Positions 18,095-27,899 are shown, numbered from the stretch's first letter. The stretch: DNA of 33,469 nucleotides from Anaerolineae bacterium (GCA_029262755.1 JAJCYU010000205.1:1-33469); one strand, 5' to 3'. Notes: generated from the letters alone by a model not told the origin. Translations and numbers: made by a program.

Positions 18095-19570
18095 TCATCC
18101 CGTCATCCGGCGTGGATCGAGGAGGCGATCGAGCTCCTCCTCCGATAGGTCGGTCAGCTCGCGGGCCACATCTTTCACGCGGCGGCCCTCCGCGTAGGCG
18201 CGCTTCGCGATGACAGCGGCCTTGTCGTAGCCGATCACGGGATTGAGCGCCGTGACCAGAATCGGGTTGCGCTCTACGAGCTCCGCGATACGTTCGTGAT
18301 TGACGGTCATTTCCCGTACGGCCATGTCGGCCAGCACACGCGCGGCGCCGGCGAGGAGCCCGATCGACTCCAGGAGGTTGCGTGCGATCACGGGCAACAT
18401 CACGGACAACTGGAAGTTGGCGGCCTGGCCCGCGACGGTGATCGTCGTGTGATTGCCCATGACCTGGGCCGCGACCATGGCTGTCGCCTCGGGAATCACG
18501 GGGTTGATCTTGCCGGGCATGATCGACGAGCCGGGCTGCAGCGCGGGCAACGTGATCTCGGCAAGGCCGGCGTTAGGCCCCGAGTTCATCCAGCGCAGAT
18601 CGTTGCTGATCTTCATCAACGACGTGGCCGCCGCGTTCAGGGCGCCCGAGACCGCAACGACCGTGTCGTTGGAAGCCTGGGCGACGAAATGGTCGGGCGC
18701 TTCGGTGAAGGGATAGCCGGTGAGTGCAGCCAGGCGCGCCGCCACGGCCTTGCCGAAACCCTGGGGCGTGTTGATGCCCGTGCCCACCGCCGTGCCGCCG
18801 ATGGCGAGGGCCGCCAATTCCGGCACGAGATCTTCGATGCGAGCCCGGCCGCGACGAACCTGGTTGGCCCAAGCGCCCATCTCTTGGCCGAGCGTGACGG
18901 GCATCGCGTCCATCAGGTGGGTGCGGCCCGTCTTGACCACATCCGCATGCTCTTGCGCGCGTTGGGCGATGGTGTCCGCCAAGTGATCGAGGGCCGGCAG
19001 CAAGTCCTCCGTGAGCGCCAAGGTGGCTGCGACATGAATGGCCGTGGGAATCACGTCGTTGGACGACTGGCCCATGTTCACGTGGTCGTTGGGATGCACC
19101 GGCGCTTTGCTGCCCAGCGGTGCGCCGAGGGCCTCGTTCGCGGCGTTCGCGATTACCTCATTGGCGTTCATGTTGGAAGACGTGCCGCTGCCCGTTTGAA
19201 AGACGTCGATCGGGAAGTGGGCGTCGTAGCTGCCGTCGGCCACCGCGCGCGCCGCATCTTCGATCGCAGCACCTACCGCGTCGTCGAGTTGGTCGAGATC
19301 GCGGTTGACGCCCGCTGCGGCCAGCTTGACGAGACCGAGCGCGCGCAGGAAGCGACGGCCGAAGCCGGTGTCGGAGCCCGCGGCATGGGCGTAGCGGCTG
19401 CCGAAGCACAAGCCGCTGATCGGAAAATTGTCGACGGCGCGTTGGGTCTGGGCTCCATAATACGCGTCCGCGGGAACGCGGACTTCACCGAGCGAATCCC
19501 GCTCTGCGCGGGTGGGCGAAGCGGACGTGTCGGCCGCGGCTAGGTCGAAAGCGGGCGGGCGGTCGTTCAT
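18095..19570 (-). CDS. fumC: Class II fumarate hydratase
   Basis: GAGAGG RBS before ATG 19570. Motifs [57 protein letters not shown]. Confidence 0.95.
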   Translation of the reverse strand: MNDRPPAFDLAAADTSASPTRAERDSLGEVRVPADAYYGAQTQRAVDNFPISGLCFGSRYAHAAGSDTGFGRRFLRALGLVKLAAAGVNRDLDQLDDAVGAAIEDAARAVADGSYDAHFPIDVFQTGSGTSSNMNANEVIANAANEALGAPLGSKAPVHPNDHVNMGQSSNDVIPTAIHVAATLALTEDLLPALDHLADTIAQRAQEHADVVKTGRTHLMDAMPVTLGQEMGAWANQVRRGRARIEDLVPELAALAIGGTAVGTGINTPQGFGKAVAARLAALTGYPFTEAPDHFVAQASNDTVVAVSGALNAAATSLMKISNDLRWMNSGPNAGLAEITLPALQPGSSIMPGKINPVIPEATAMVAAQVMGNHTTITVAGQAANFQLSVMLPVIARNLLESIGLLAGAARVLADMAVREMTVNHERIAELVERNPILVTALNPVIGYDKAAVIAKRAYAEGRRVKDVARELTDLSEEELDRLLDPRRMTG

Positions 19571-19637
19571 GGCGCGATACCTCTCGCGGGCGCGATTGAT
19601 GCGCGAAGTGGTGGGCGGTCGCGGTGCGTCCCGAGCA

Positions 19638-20939
19638 TTAAGCGTTGAGGCCGAACATTGCTTGCGCATGCTTGACGCCCTCGACCAAGTCGTCGATGTC
19701 TTCCAGCGTATTGTAGACGGCGAAGCTCGCGCGCGTGGAAGCAGCGACACCCAAATGATCATGCAGCGGCATCGTGCAGTGATGCCCGGCACGCACCGCG
19801 ATGCCGCGCGCGTCTAGGATCGTCGCGAGGTCGTGGGCGTGTAGGCCATCAACCGTGAAGGAAACCACGCCTTCGCGCGCAGCGTCGGCCGCGGGTCCGA
19901 GCAGCCGCAGACCGGGCAGCGCGTCGAGACGTCGCGCAGCGTCCCCGGCTAGCAGACGATGGTGCGTGGCGATGCGATCCATGCCGAGCCCTTGCATGTA
20001 GTCGACGGCAGCAGCAAGTCCCACGGCCTGTGCGATGGGCGGCGTCCCGGCTTCAAACCGGTACGGTGCGTCGTTCCAGGTGGAACCCTCCATCGTGACA
20101 CGGCGGATCATCTCGCCGCCGCCCTGCCACGGGGGCATCGCTTCCAAGAGCTCGTGGCGCGCCCATAACACGCCGATGCCCGTCGGTCCGAGCATCTTGT
20201 GTCCGCTGAATGCGAGGAAATCGACATCGAGTCCCCGGACGTCGACCGGGCCATGCGGCACGCTCTGCGCAGCGTCCAGAAGGACCTTTGCACCCACCGC
20301 ATGGGCGGCGGCGACCACCTCGGCTACCGGATTCGTCACACCAAGCGTATTGGATACGTGGGCCATCGTCACAAAGCGCACGCGATCGTCCAGCACCGTC
20401 GGCAATGCGTCGAGATCGAGGGTGCCGTCGGGTAGCAGCGGTATGGCGCGCAGCTCCGATCCCGTGCGCCGCGACAGCAACTGCCAGGGCACGAGGTTGC
20501 TGTGATGCTCCATCGGCGTGACCAGGATCACATCCCCCGGTCCGAGCTGATCTTGCCCCCAACTGCCGGCCACCAGGTTGATGGCGGCCGTCGTCCCGCT
20601 GGTGAACACGACCTCGCGCCGGTCGTCCGTGCCCAAGAACGCGGCGACACGTGTTCGGGCACGCTCGTAGAGGTCGGTCGCCTCGGCGGCAAGACGATGA
20701 ACCCCGCGGTGGACGTTGGCGTGGGAGTGGGTCTCGTAGCGTCGCATCGCATCGAGGACCGCGTTCGGCCGCTGGCTGCTCGCAGCGCTGTCGAGGTAGA
20801 CCAACCTCTGCCCGTTCTGCTCATGCGCCAAGATCGGAAAATCGGCCCGGACGACCGCGCCATCCAGTGGCTCCGTCAAGACGGGCGATCCGGGATCGGC
20901 CACGGGCGGTGGGTTCAAATCGAGGGTGCTTGGGTTCAC
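19638..20939 (-). CDS. sufS: Cysteine desulfurase SufS
   Basis: [40 protein letters not shown] (PLP Lys), RAGHHC (group II catalytic Cys); GGGAG RBS before GTG. Confidence 0.95.
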   Translation of the reverse strand: MNPSTLDLNPPPVADPGSPVLTEPLDGAVVRADFPILAHEQNGQRLVYLDSAASSQRPNAVLDAMRRYETHSHANVHRGVHRLAAEATDLYERARTRVAAFLGTDDRREVVFTSGTTAAINLVAGSWGQDQLGPGDVILVTPMEHHSNLVPWQLLSRRTGSELRAIPLLPDGTLDLDALPTVLDDRVRFVTMAHVSNTLGVTNPVAEVVAAAHAVGAKVLLDAAQSVPHGPVDVRGLDVDFLAFSGHKMLGPTGIGVLWARHELLEAMPPWQGGGEMIRRVTMEGSTWNDAPYRFEAGTPPIAQAVGLAAAVDYMQGLGMDRIATHHRLLAGDAARRLDALPGLRLLGPAADAAREGVVSFTVDGLHAHDLATILDARGIAVRAGHHCTMPLHDHLGVAASTRASFAVYNTLEDIDDLVEGVKHAQAMFGLNA

Positions 20940-20992
20940 GCGGGATCTCCCTGGGCTCGGCGGCGCGCGCGAAGCGTCCTCCGCGGCCCATG

Positions 20993-21027
20993 AAAAACGG
21001 GGGCGGGACCTTGCGGCCCACCCCCGT
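20993..21027 (-). terminator. Intrinsic terminator between the A-type carrier gene and sufS
   Basis: Minus strand ACGGGGGTGGGCC-GCAA-GGTCCCGCCCCCGT-TTTT with a GNRA loop and U tract. Confidence 0.8.
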
Positions 21028-21124
21028 GATTGGTTTGTGCGTAGAAGCGCCCGTCTGCGTCACTCGTGTGCGTTACTCGTGCACGGGACGGATTCCACGA
21101 TGCGGTGAGTCCGAAGCCCGAGCG

Positions 21125-21586
21125 CTAGTGGCTGCAGCCCGAGCCGCAACCGCCGCCTGCCGCGGCCTCGGAAGCCCCCGGTTCGCCCTTGCCATCTTCG
21201 TTCTCCGTCCGGAAGCTGCTTCCGCAACCGCAGGACGAGGTGGCGTTCGGATTCTCGATCTTGAAGCCGCCGCCCATGAGGCTCTCGACGAAGTCGATCG
21301 ATGCTCCCTGCAAATAGGTGATGCTCACAGGGTCGACCACAATTCGCGGGCCGGCATTCGCCTCAAACACGAGGTCGCCGTCTTCGATCTGATTCTCGAA
21401 GGCCATGCCGTACTGAAAGCCGGAGCAGCCGCCGCCGCTGACGAAAACACGCAGCGCGTGGTCGGCCATGCCCTTCTGCTCCATGACCTCGCTCAGCTTC
21501 TCCGCAGCCGACGCGGAGATCATGATCGGGGAAATTCCGACCATCTCCTGCGGCGCGGTTCGAATGTCCTGGTCCTCACGAATCAT
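21125..21586 (-). CDS. A-type Fe-S carrier (HesB/IscA/SufA/ErpA family)
   Basis: LRVFVSGGGCSGFQYGM, IDFVESLMGGGFKIENPNATSSCGCGSSF; AGGGG RBS. Confidence 0.95.
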   Translation of the reverse strand: MIREDQDIRTAPQEMVGISPIMISASAAEKLSEVMEQKGMADHALRVFVSGGGCSGFQYGMAFENQIEDGDLVFEANAGPRIVVDPVSITYLQGASIDFVESLMGGGFKIENPNATSSCGCGSSFRTENEDGKGEPGASEAAAGGGCGSGCSH

Positions 21587-21651
21587 CGCGATGATCCCCT
21601 TCGTGAGCGGCTAACGTGCCGCGTTGGTTGGCAATAGCGTCCATCGGGCAA

Positions 21652-21680
21652 ATGGTACCATATCGGAGGGAGCCCGCCAA
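21652..21680 (-). promoter_or_regulatory. Sigma70-type promoter of the A-type carrier gene
   Basis: Minus strand TTGGCG-17 bp-TACCAT with an extended -10 TGn. Confidence 0.6.
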
Positions 21681-21705
21681 TATTGTTCGTCCGTATCAGC
21701 ATAAA
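21679..21705. promoter_or_regulatory. Candidate SufR operator between back-to-back promoters
   Basis: Reverse complement TTTATGCTGATACGGACGAACAATATT matches the sufB site at 18/27 positions, including GAACAATA. Confidence 0.5.
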
Positions 21706-21707
21706 GA

Positions 21708-21736
21708 TTGACCGGACTTCCGCCCCCTTCTATACT
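21708..21736 (+). promoter_or_regulatory. Sigma70-type promoter of the sufR-like gene
   Basis: TTGACC-17 bp-TATACT, ending 9 nt before the ATG. Confidence 0.8.
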
Positions 21737-21745
21737 GCCGGGGTT

Positions 21746-22387
21746 ATGCAAGACACACGCAAACGCATCCTCGATTACCTGCGTACGCATGGTCGCGCTG
21801 CCGTGGATCCCCTGGCGGAGCACTGCGGGTTGGCTCCGGTTACCGTGCGGCACCACCTCAGCGTGCTCCGCAGCCGCGGCTTGGTCGTGATGGATACCGA
21901 GCCCGTAGGGCGCGGGCGGCCACGCCACGTCTATCGGCTCAGCGCGCTCGGCGGCGAAGAGGTCGTCGAGGATCGCTATCGGCATATGGCGGTCCGGCTA
22001 TTGGAGGCCATGAAGGCCGGTAGCCGTGAGTCCGCGGAGCTGTTCTTCAAGGACATGGCGGATCGGCTCGTGGCGGAACGCAAGGCCGAACTACTCGATC
22101 AGCCGATCGAAACACGCCTCGACGCCGTGGGCGCTCTTCTGGGGGATGAAGGCTTCGCGGTGTTCTGGGAACAGGACGGAGATAGCTATCTCGTGCGCGA
22201 GGTCGCGTGCCCGTTTCAGGGCTTGGGCGCGGATCACCGCGAGGTTTGCTGTATGGACATGCACCTTCTCGAATCGCTCGTTGGTGCCGACGGTACGGTC
22301 GTCCGTGAGCGTTGGCGTTTGGAAGGGGACGACGAGTGCGTGTACCGCGTCGTGCCGCGTGTCCCGGTCGTCGAGCGCAGCACGTGA
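21746..22387 (+). CDS. sufR: SufR-like winged-HTH transcriptional regulator with C-terminal Cys cluster
   Basis: TRKRIL...VTVRHHL..L...GLV...GRGRPRHVYRLS; C-X12-C (CPFQGLGADHREVC) plus a terminal ECVY; located in the SUF neighbourhood. Confidence 0.75.
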   Translation: MQDTRKRILDYLRTHGRAAVDPLAEHCGLAPVTVRHHLSVLRSRGLVVMDTEPVGRGRPRHVYRLSALGGEEVVEDRYRHMAVRLLEAMKAGSRESAELFFKDMADRLVAERKAELLDQPIETRLDAVGALLGDEGFAVFWEQDGDSYLVREVACPFQGLGADHREVCCMDMHLLESLVGADGTVVRERWRLEGDDECVYRVVPRVPVVERST

Positions 22388-22424
22388 CGCGTATCGGCGA
22401 CGTGCTCCGCATCGGGACCCCTCG

Positions 22425-22970
22425 GTGGTAGCGCGTTCGACGCCGACCCTGTCCTTCGCTCCACGCCACGAAGGTCCATGGTTGTTGCGAGGAGCGCTCG
22501 GCGGGGCCCTCGGCGGGCTAACCGGCCTGCTCGCGGCGAGCGTCACCCACGTCGTCCTTGGGGGTGAGGCACTCGTAGCGAGCAACGCCCTCGGAGCTAC
22601 CGTCGTGCGCTGGCTGCAGATCGGTCAAACGCAGGCCTTCGACAACTTCTATCCGGACGCCACCTTGGGAGGCGTTCTGCTTGCACTGATCGCCGGCGCG
22701 TTGGTCGGCGCGCCTCTTGGTGCGTTGGTGGCGCGATTCCCCGACGACCATCCGGCCGCCTGGGGCTTCGTGTGCGGGATCGCGCTCTGGGCGATCACCC
22801 GCTGGGTGCTCGCACCCGCGTTGGATCCCGCGTCCCTGCGCGTGCTCGGAGGCTGGCCGTTCGCCGCCGGGCACCTTGCGTTCGGGCTGTCCACGGGCAT
22901 GTGGCTGGGTGCAGTGAGCCCGAGGCGTAGCCCTGCCACCGGGCAATTGTCCCGCACCGACTCGCCGTAA
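22425..22970 (+). CDS. Hypothetical integral membrane protein (~4 TM; DUF6789/DUF1440-like by eye); start uncertain
   Basis: Gly-rich hydrophobic helices, WGFVCGIALW and GHLAFGL motifs; first plausible in-frame GTG after the sufR stop. Confidence 0.65.
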   Translation: MVARSTPTLSFAPRHEGPWLLRGALGGALGGLTGLLAASVTHVVLGGEALVASNALGATVVRWLQIGQTQAFDNFYPDATLGGVLLALIAGALVGAPLGALVARFPDDHPAAWGFVCGIALWAITRWVLAPALDPASLRVLGGWPFAAGHLAFGLSTGMWLGAVSPRRSPATGQLSRTDSP

Positions 22971-23226
22971 CGAGGCCCGTCGTCGTACGTCCTGGTTGTC
23001 GTTGCGCGACCCATGGGCTCGTCCAACAAGAACCTGACGAACCAAGTCGGCTACTGCCGCATCCGCATCAGCGCCCTGCAGTTGCCGGACATTCGCCTGC
23101 TAGCACCTCGTCTCATCCGAACCCTGGATCGGCGCTTCGGCGCCCTTACGTTCGGTCAACGTAGTATTGGACGAGCCCTACGGGCCGTCGCAACGTGCGC
23201 TGCATTCGCGCCGGAGAATTCGCCCT

Positions 23227-26200
23227 ATGCCCGTCCATCCCCCCCGAATCCACGCGGCCCCTACCGAGCGCCGCCTCGATGCCTTGGTGATGCGCACGGT
23301 GACCCTAGCCTTCGTCGCGCTCATCGGTGCCGCGTCGCTCCTGTCGCTCGTGCCCGCACCGTCCACCACGGGCGCGGCATCCCCGGCTCTCGCTCCGTTG
23401 GCCCAAGGCGCCGGCTCGCCTTGGGTGAAGGCGGTGGACGGTCTGCCGGGCGACAACGTCGGCGATATCGCCTTTGTCGGCGATCCGAATCGTAACTTTC
23501 GCTACTACATGATGGAATCGATCGAGTTCGGCCTGCATCGATCCCTGATCTCGCTCGAGGGTTGGCGACGGATGGCGCCCAACCCGGCCGCGCCCCAAAC
23601 CACCCGCGTCCGATCGGTTGCCGTCGCGCGTGATGACATCGACGGCCTGCGCGTGTACGCCGGCCTACAGGCGCGTCCGCTCTTCGGGATCAGCGAGGAT
23701 GCCGGCGCATCGTGGCGTTCCGAGATCGGACCACCGGGTGTCAGCCGTGCCGACCTGCTCGACGTCACGACGGACGGCACGATCTGGCTCGCGCAAAACG
23801 CGGCCACGGATCTTTGGCATTCGGAGGACCGCGGCCAGAACTGGGCGATCGACGCCAATCCGACGGCGCGCAGGGATCCCATCGACGACCTGTTCGCATC
23901 GCCCGACGAAGCCCGCATCTGGATGGTCGCGGGCGGCAGGATCTGGCGCAGCGAGGACAGTCCGGGAGCGTGGCAGGATGTCCTCGGCCCGCTGATCGCA
24001 GCACCGATCACGATGACCTTGACGGTCGAGTTCGCGTCCATCGACAAGGACGGTCGGTTGTGGGCCGTAGGGAAACGTCTGGGGCAGCCTGCCGCTCAGG
24101 TGAGCCTCGACGACGGCACGACCTGGATGCCCGCAGCGTGGCCGGCCGACACGCTTGGGGCGAAGGCCACCGCCCTACACGCGGGGCGCGCCGGATTCGG
24201 CATCCCCGCGGCCTGGTTGGCCGTGGACGACGGCTTCGACGGAGCGCGGGTCTTCGAGACGCGCAACGACGGTGCATCGTGGTCGGAGGTCTTCCGCGCG
24301 CCGATCGCGGTATCGGTGATCGCCGTCGATCCGGTCATGTACGATGTCTTCGTTGGCACCGATGGCTTGGGACTGTACCGATTGGACCAACCTCCCGTGC
24401 ATACCGGAGCGGTCTCGGCCGAGATGCTCGCGGTTGCGGCGCCGACCTATGGCCAGGACGATACGGTTCTGGCTTTGGGCCAGGTGACCCCGCTGCTCGG
24501 CACGCAGCCGGGCACGACGCCCGCGTGGAAGCTCGTGTACCGTTCTCGCGACGGCGGTGAGAGTTGGGCACGCCGCTACGTAACCACAGGGCTCGGCACG
24601 CGGCTCGATCCCTCGCCCGCCTTTGCAAGCGACCGCAGACTGTACAGCGGGCGTTTCCTGTCGACCGACTCAGGGCAGCGCTGGCGCTTGCTCGCGCCCA
24701 GGCCCGGTGGCGGTGATGTTCCGTACGTACAGGCCGTGGGGCCGATCACCGGCTCTCGGCCGTCGCTCTATGCGCTCGATGTGCCCTTCGTGGCGGGGGG
24801 AAGCGGCACGGGCGCCGGATTGCAGTTCAGCGGGGACGGTGGCGCATCGTGGCAGAGCACGGACGCCACGGTCGACGGCATCACCGCGATCGCGATCTCG
24901 CCCGGATTCGCGGACGACGCCACGGCATTCTTCGTCACGGACCGCGGCAAGGTGTTTCGAACACAGGATGCCACCAGCTTCGAGGAGATCGGTCGTTTGC
25001 CGCTCCTAGCAGGGCAAGGCGCCGTACCCGGACTGGCCGTCTCGCCTTCGTTCGACCGCGACGGCACCTTGGCGGCCGCGGTCGACAATCGGGCGGCCGT
25101 CCAGCGGTCCACGATCTACGTCTCCAACAACGGTGGCCGCACGTGGGATGAGCGCGCCGCGGGGCTCGCGCCGCGTGGTCGCCCGAGCGCGTTGATCCTA
25201 TCGCCCCGCTTCGAATTCGACCGCATCATGTTCCTAGGAACCGGTCGCGAGCGCGGCGATGTCTTGGAGCCGGCAATCTACGCCTCCGATTCGGCCGGCG
25301 CCGAGTGGTTCGGCGAAGCGCTGCTCGGCGAGGGAGCCGTGCAGGCCTTCGCATGGGGCGGCCTCGCGGACGACGGCCGCTTGTTCGCCGCGACAGGCCG
25401 AGAGGGCCTGTACTACCGCGACACGGACGGCGGACCGATCGTGCCCGTGCTGCCCACCGTGACCGCCTCGCCCACGCCGGCGCCGGCCACCGCGACCCCG
25501 ACCCGCACCGCCTCGCCCGTAGTAACGGCCTTCCCGAGCCCAACGCCGACGCCCGAGCTACAGACCCTGTGCGTGGAGGCTGTTGCCGATACCCACGCAC
25601 AGGAGACCCGGCCGGGAATCAGCGCGGGCCTGGAGAACGAGCTGCTCATTTGGGACGACGATATCGAGACGGCGCACACCTATCTGCGCTTCGAGCCCCC
25701 ACTGTTGCCGGTGGGATCGCAGACCGTGACCGCGACGATCGAAGTGTGGCTGCGTGCGCAGCAGAACGAAGGCGCGGCACCGTCCGCCGAGATGCGCAGC
25801 GTCGCAGAGCCGTGGACCGAGTCACGCATGACGTGGAACAACAAGCCGCGCTTGGGCAACTCGATCGCCACCTCGGTCGTCGATAGCCGACCGGCATGGC
25901 AGGTGTGGAACATCGGTCCTCTGGCCGCGACATGGGCCGGCGATCCGTCGCGCAATCACGGTGTCGCGCTCCTGCCGGTCACGGGTGCTTCGGACGCGAT
26001 GCGCGTCAAGCTCGCTTCGCGCGAGAACTCATCGGACCCCGCTCCGCGACTCTGCCTTCGCTACCGAGCGCCGCGCGTTGAGCCCACGGCCACGGAAACC
26101 CCGGAGCCCTCGCAGACGCCCAGCCCCACCGCGTTGCCTACCGACGGCCCTTCGCCCACCCCGAGTGAAACGCCCGAGCCGAGCAGTACCCCATTGCCCA

Positions 26201-26346
26201 CGCCTACGGATGCGGCGACGAGCACGAGCACGAGCACGCCGTCGCCCACGGCGACGCCTGTCCCGACCGCAACCCCGACGCTCACTGCGACGCCGGATCA
26301 TGGCGATGGATTCGTGTTCATCCCCTTCGTGGTGAAGGGCCGCTAG
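23227..26346 (+). CDS. Secreted Asp-box (BNR/VPS10-like) beta-propeller protein with DNRLRE-type domain, Pro/Thr linkers and C-terminal FIPFVVKGR tail
   Basis: About nine S-x-D-x-G-x-x-W boxes and SPxFxxD repeats. ADTH...YLRF...WTESRMTWNNKP...NHGVAL...SREN...PRL is the DNRLRE-type pattern. GGAG before ATG 23227; ATG 23290 is an alternative start. Confidence 0.8.
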   Translation: MPVHPPRIHAAPTERRLDALVMRTVTLAFVALIGAASLLSLVPAPSTTGAASPALAPLAQGAGSPWVKAVDGLPGDNVGDIAFVGDPNRNFRYYMMESIEFGLHRSLISLEGWRRMAPNPAAPQTTRVRSVAVARDDIDGLRVYAGLQARPLFGISEDAGASWRSEIGPPGVSRADLLDVTTDGTIWLAQNAATDLWHSEDRGQNWAIDANPTARRDPIDDLFASPDEARIWMVAGGRIWRSEDSPGAWQDVLGPLIAAPITMTLTVEFASIDKDGRLWAVGKRLGQPAAQVSLDDGTTWMPAAWPADTLGAKATALHAGRAGFGIPAAWLAVDDGFDGARVFETRNDGASWSEVFRAPIAVSVIAVDPVMYDVFVGTDGLGLYRLDQPPVHTGAVSAEMLAVAAPTYGQDDTVLALGQVTPLLGTQPGTTPAWKLVYRSRDGGESWARRYVTTGLGTRLDPSPAFASDRRLYSGRFLSTDSGQRWRLLAPRPGGGDVPYVQAVGPITGSRPSLYALDVPFVAGGSGTGAGLQFSGDGGASWQSTDATVDGITAIAISPGFADDATAFFVTDRGKVFRTQDATSFEEIGRLPLLAGQGAVPGLAVSPSFDRDGTLAAAVDNRAAVQRSTIYVSNNGGRTWDERAAGLAPRGRPSALILSPRFEFDRIMFLGTGRERGDVLEPAIYASDSAGAEWFGEALLGEGAVQAFAWGGLADDGRLFAATGREGLYYRDTDGGPIVPVLPTVTASPTPAPATATPTRTASPVVTAFPSPTPTPELQTLCVEAVADTHAQETRPGISAGLENELLIWDDDIETAHTYLRFEPPLLPVGSQTVTATIEVWLRAQQNEGAAPSAEMRSVAEPWTESRMTWNNKPRLGNSIATSVVDSRPAWQVWNIGPLAATWAGDPSRNHGVALLPVTGASDAMRVKLASRENSSDPAPRLCLRYRAPRVEPTATETPEPSQTPSPTALPTDGPSPTPSETPEPSSTPLPTPTDAATSTSTSTPSPTATPVPTATPTLTATPDHGDGFVFIPFVVKGR

Positions 26347-26451
26347 CCGGCTGGGCTGCCGCCGTGAAGCGGGTATCGGTTGCGGGTTGCCGTTGCAGCC
26401 ACAAGCAATGAAGTGTTGCGGCAAAAGCCAATTCGTTGCGCTACCGTCCGT

Positions 26452-26958
26452 TTACGCGGGTGGCGGAGGCGCGATACGCTGCACGCCGGAACGCTCTCTC
26501 GCATCCAGCGCGTGCCAGAGATCGTCGACCGTGCGTCGGTCGTCGCCAGGCAACGTGAGGTCGGGGGCCAGGTCGCGTAGCGGTGCGAGCACGAAGGCCC
26601 GCTCCGCCATCCGCGGATGCGGCACGATGAGCCCCGGCCGCTCTACCTGGAGCGCGCCGACCAGGAGCAGATCGATGTCGATCGGTCGTGGCCCAAATCG
26701 CGGCCCCGCTTCCCGACTCCGTCCGAGGCCGCGCTCGATGCCGAGCGCGAGCGCGAGCAGGCGATCGGGCGGTAGCGCGCTGCTTCCGCGCAGGACCAGG
26801 TTGAGAAACGGAGGCTGGTCTTCGATCCCGACGGGCCGCGTGGCATACCACGGCGACACGCGGACTCCGCCCAGGACCATGCCGATGCGCTCGACCGCGC
26901 GCTGCATCGTGGCGGCGCGATCGCCGAGGTTCGCGCCAAGGCTAAAGGTTGCGATCAT
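26452..26958 (-). CDS. folK: 2-amino-4-hydroxy-6-hydroxymethyldihydropteridine diphosphokinase
   Basis: SLGANLGDR, QPPFLN, IERGLGR, GPRPIDIDLL, VPHPRMAERAFVLAPL; ATGA overlap with the upstream gene. Confidence 0.96.
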   Translation of the reverse strand: MIATFSLGANLGDRAATMQRAVERIGMVLGGVRVSPWYATRPVGIEDQPPFLNLVLRGSSALPPDRLLALALGIERGLGRSREAGPRFGPRPIDIDLLLVGALQVERPGLIVPHPRMAERAFVLAPLRDLAPDLTLPGDDRRTVDDLWHALDARERSGVQRIAPPPPA

Positions 26959-27800
26959 AGGGCGCGACGCGGCTCGTCCGGCGCAGGACGCCCTGCGCGA
27001 TCGCCCTCCGCGAAGCGGCGCATCGCATCGGCGTGCGCATCACTCGCCCATCGCGCGGGGAAGAGCGCGCGTTCGGCCGCCATGGCCTCTGCGGGCGGCG
27101 TGAGGACGCCCGTGCGCAGCAGGGCCTTGACGTCGCGCACCGCCGCCGCATCTGCGCGCAGGAAACGGGCGATGCGTGTTCGCGCAGCCTCGGCCGCGCC
27201 GCCGGCCTCAGCGACGTGGTCCGCGAGGCCAAGCGCTCGGAGCTCGCGCGCGCCGAGGGGACGCGCGTCGAGCAGCAGGCCCATCGCGCGCCCATAGCCG
27301 ACCCTGCGCAGCAACCGTTGGCCGGCGCCCCAGCCAGGGGTCAGGCCCATGCGCAGGTGGACCAGCCCCCATCGTACGGCATCGTCCACCACCATAAGGT
27401 CACAAGCCAGGGAGATCTCCGCGCCCCCGCCCAGGGCGTATCCGTTCACAGCGGCCACGACCGGAATGGGCAATGCCTCGAGTTGGGCCAGCGCATCGCC
27501 CATGTGGGCTGCAACGCGCCGGCCGTCCGCGATCGTCGGGGCGGAGGCGAGGGCGACCTGATCGCCGCCGCTGCAGAACGCGACCGCGCCAGCGCCACGT
27601 ACGAGCACGGCCCGCAGGCCGCCGGCGTCCGCGGAGGACGCTCGCTCCGCTAACGCGGCGACACACGCCGCGAACGCGATCATGCCGTCTTCGTCCAGGC
27701 TGTTGTGCGTCGGCGGATGGTCGAAGGTGATCTCCGCGACGCCCTCTGCGTCCACGTGGAAGCGCAGTCGGGCGGCGGGCGCCTCGGTGTCCGTCACCAC
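26955..27800 (-). CDS. Enoyl-CoA hydratase/isomerase (crotonase) family protein; start approximate
   Basis: AFCSGGD, PVVAAVNGYALGGGAEISLACD, GLTPGWG; GTG at 27800 or 27797. Confidence 0.9.
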   Translation of the reverse strand: MVTDTEAPAARLRFHVDAEGVAEITFDHPPTHNSLDEDGMIAFAACVAALAERASSADAGGLRAVLVRGAGAVAFCSGGDQVALASAPTIADGRRVAAHMGDALAQLEALPIPVVAAVNGYALGGGAEISLACDLMVVDDAVRWGLVHLRMGLTPGWGAGQRLLRRVGYGRAMGLLLDARPLGARELRALGLADHVAEAGGAAEAARTRIARFLRADAAAVRDVKALLRTGVLTPPAEAMAAERALFPARWASDAHADAMRRFAEGDRAGRPAPDEPRRAL

Positions 27801-27899
27801 GCAGCCGTGCGACGACCGGACGCGGCCGCGGCTCGGAGGCCCCGACCCGCGCACAACACACCCCGAAGCGGTACCGCAGGCGCGACGTCTACGCTAGCC

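Noticed and set aside
19571..19792. Longest-ORF N-terminal extensions for fumC (and likewise sufD, sufR, lexA, the DUF6391-like gene and the propeller gene)
   Set aside because: They overlap neighbouring genes or promoters. Downstream starts with an RBS, ATGA coupling or promoter support fit the family N-termini better.
20870..20939. Pro-rich N-terminal extension of SufS as an encapsulin cargo-loading peptide
   Set aside because: Only ~22 aa, much shorter than family 2A cargo extensions, and no encapsulin gene in the window.
26218..26238. (ACGAGC)3 ACG tandem repeat as a phase-variation tract
   Set aside because: In-frame hexamer encoding TSTSTST in a low-complexity linker; slippage would not shift the frame.
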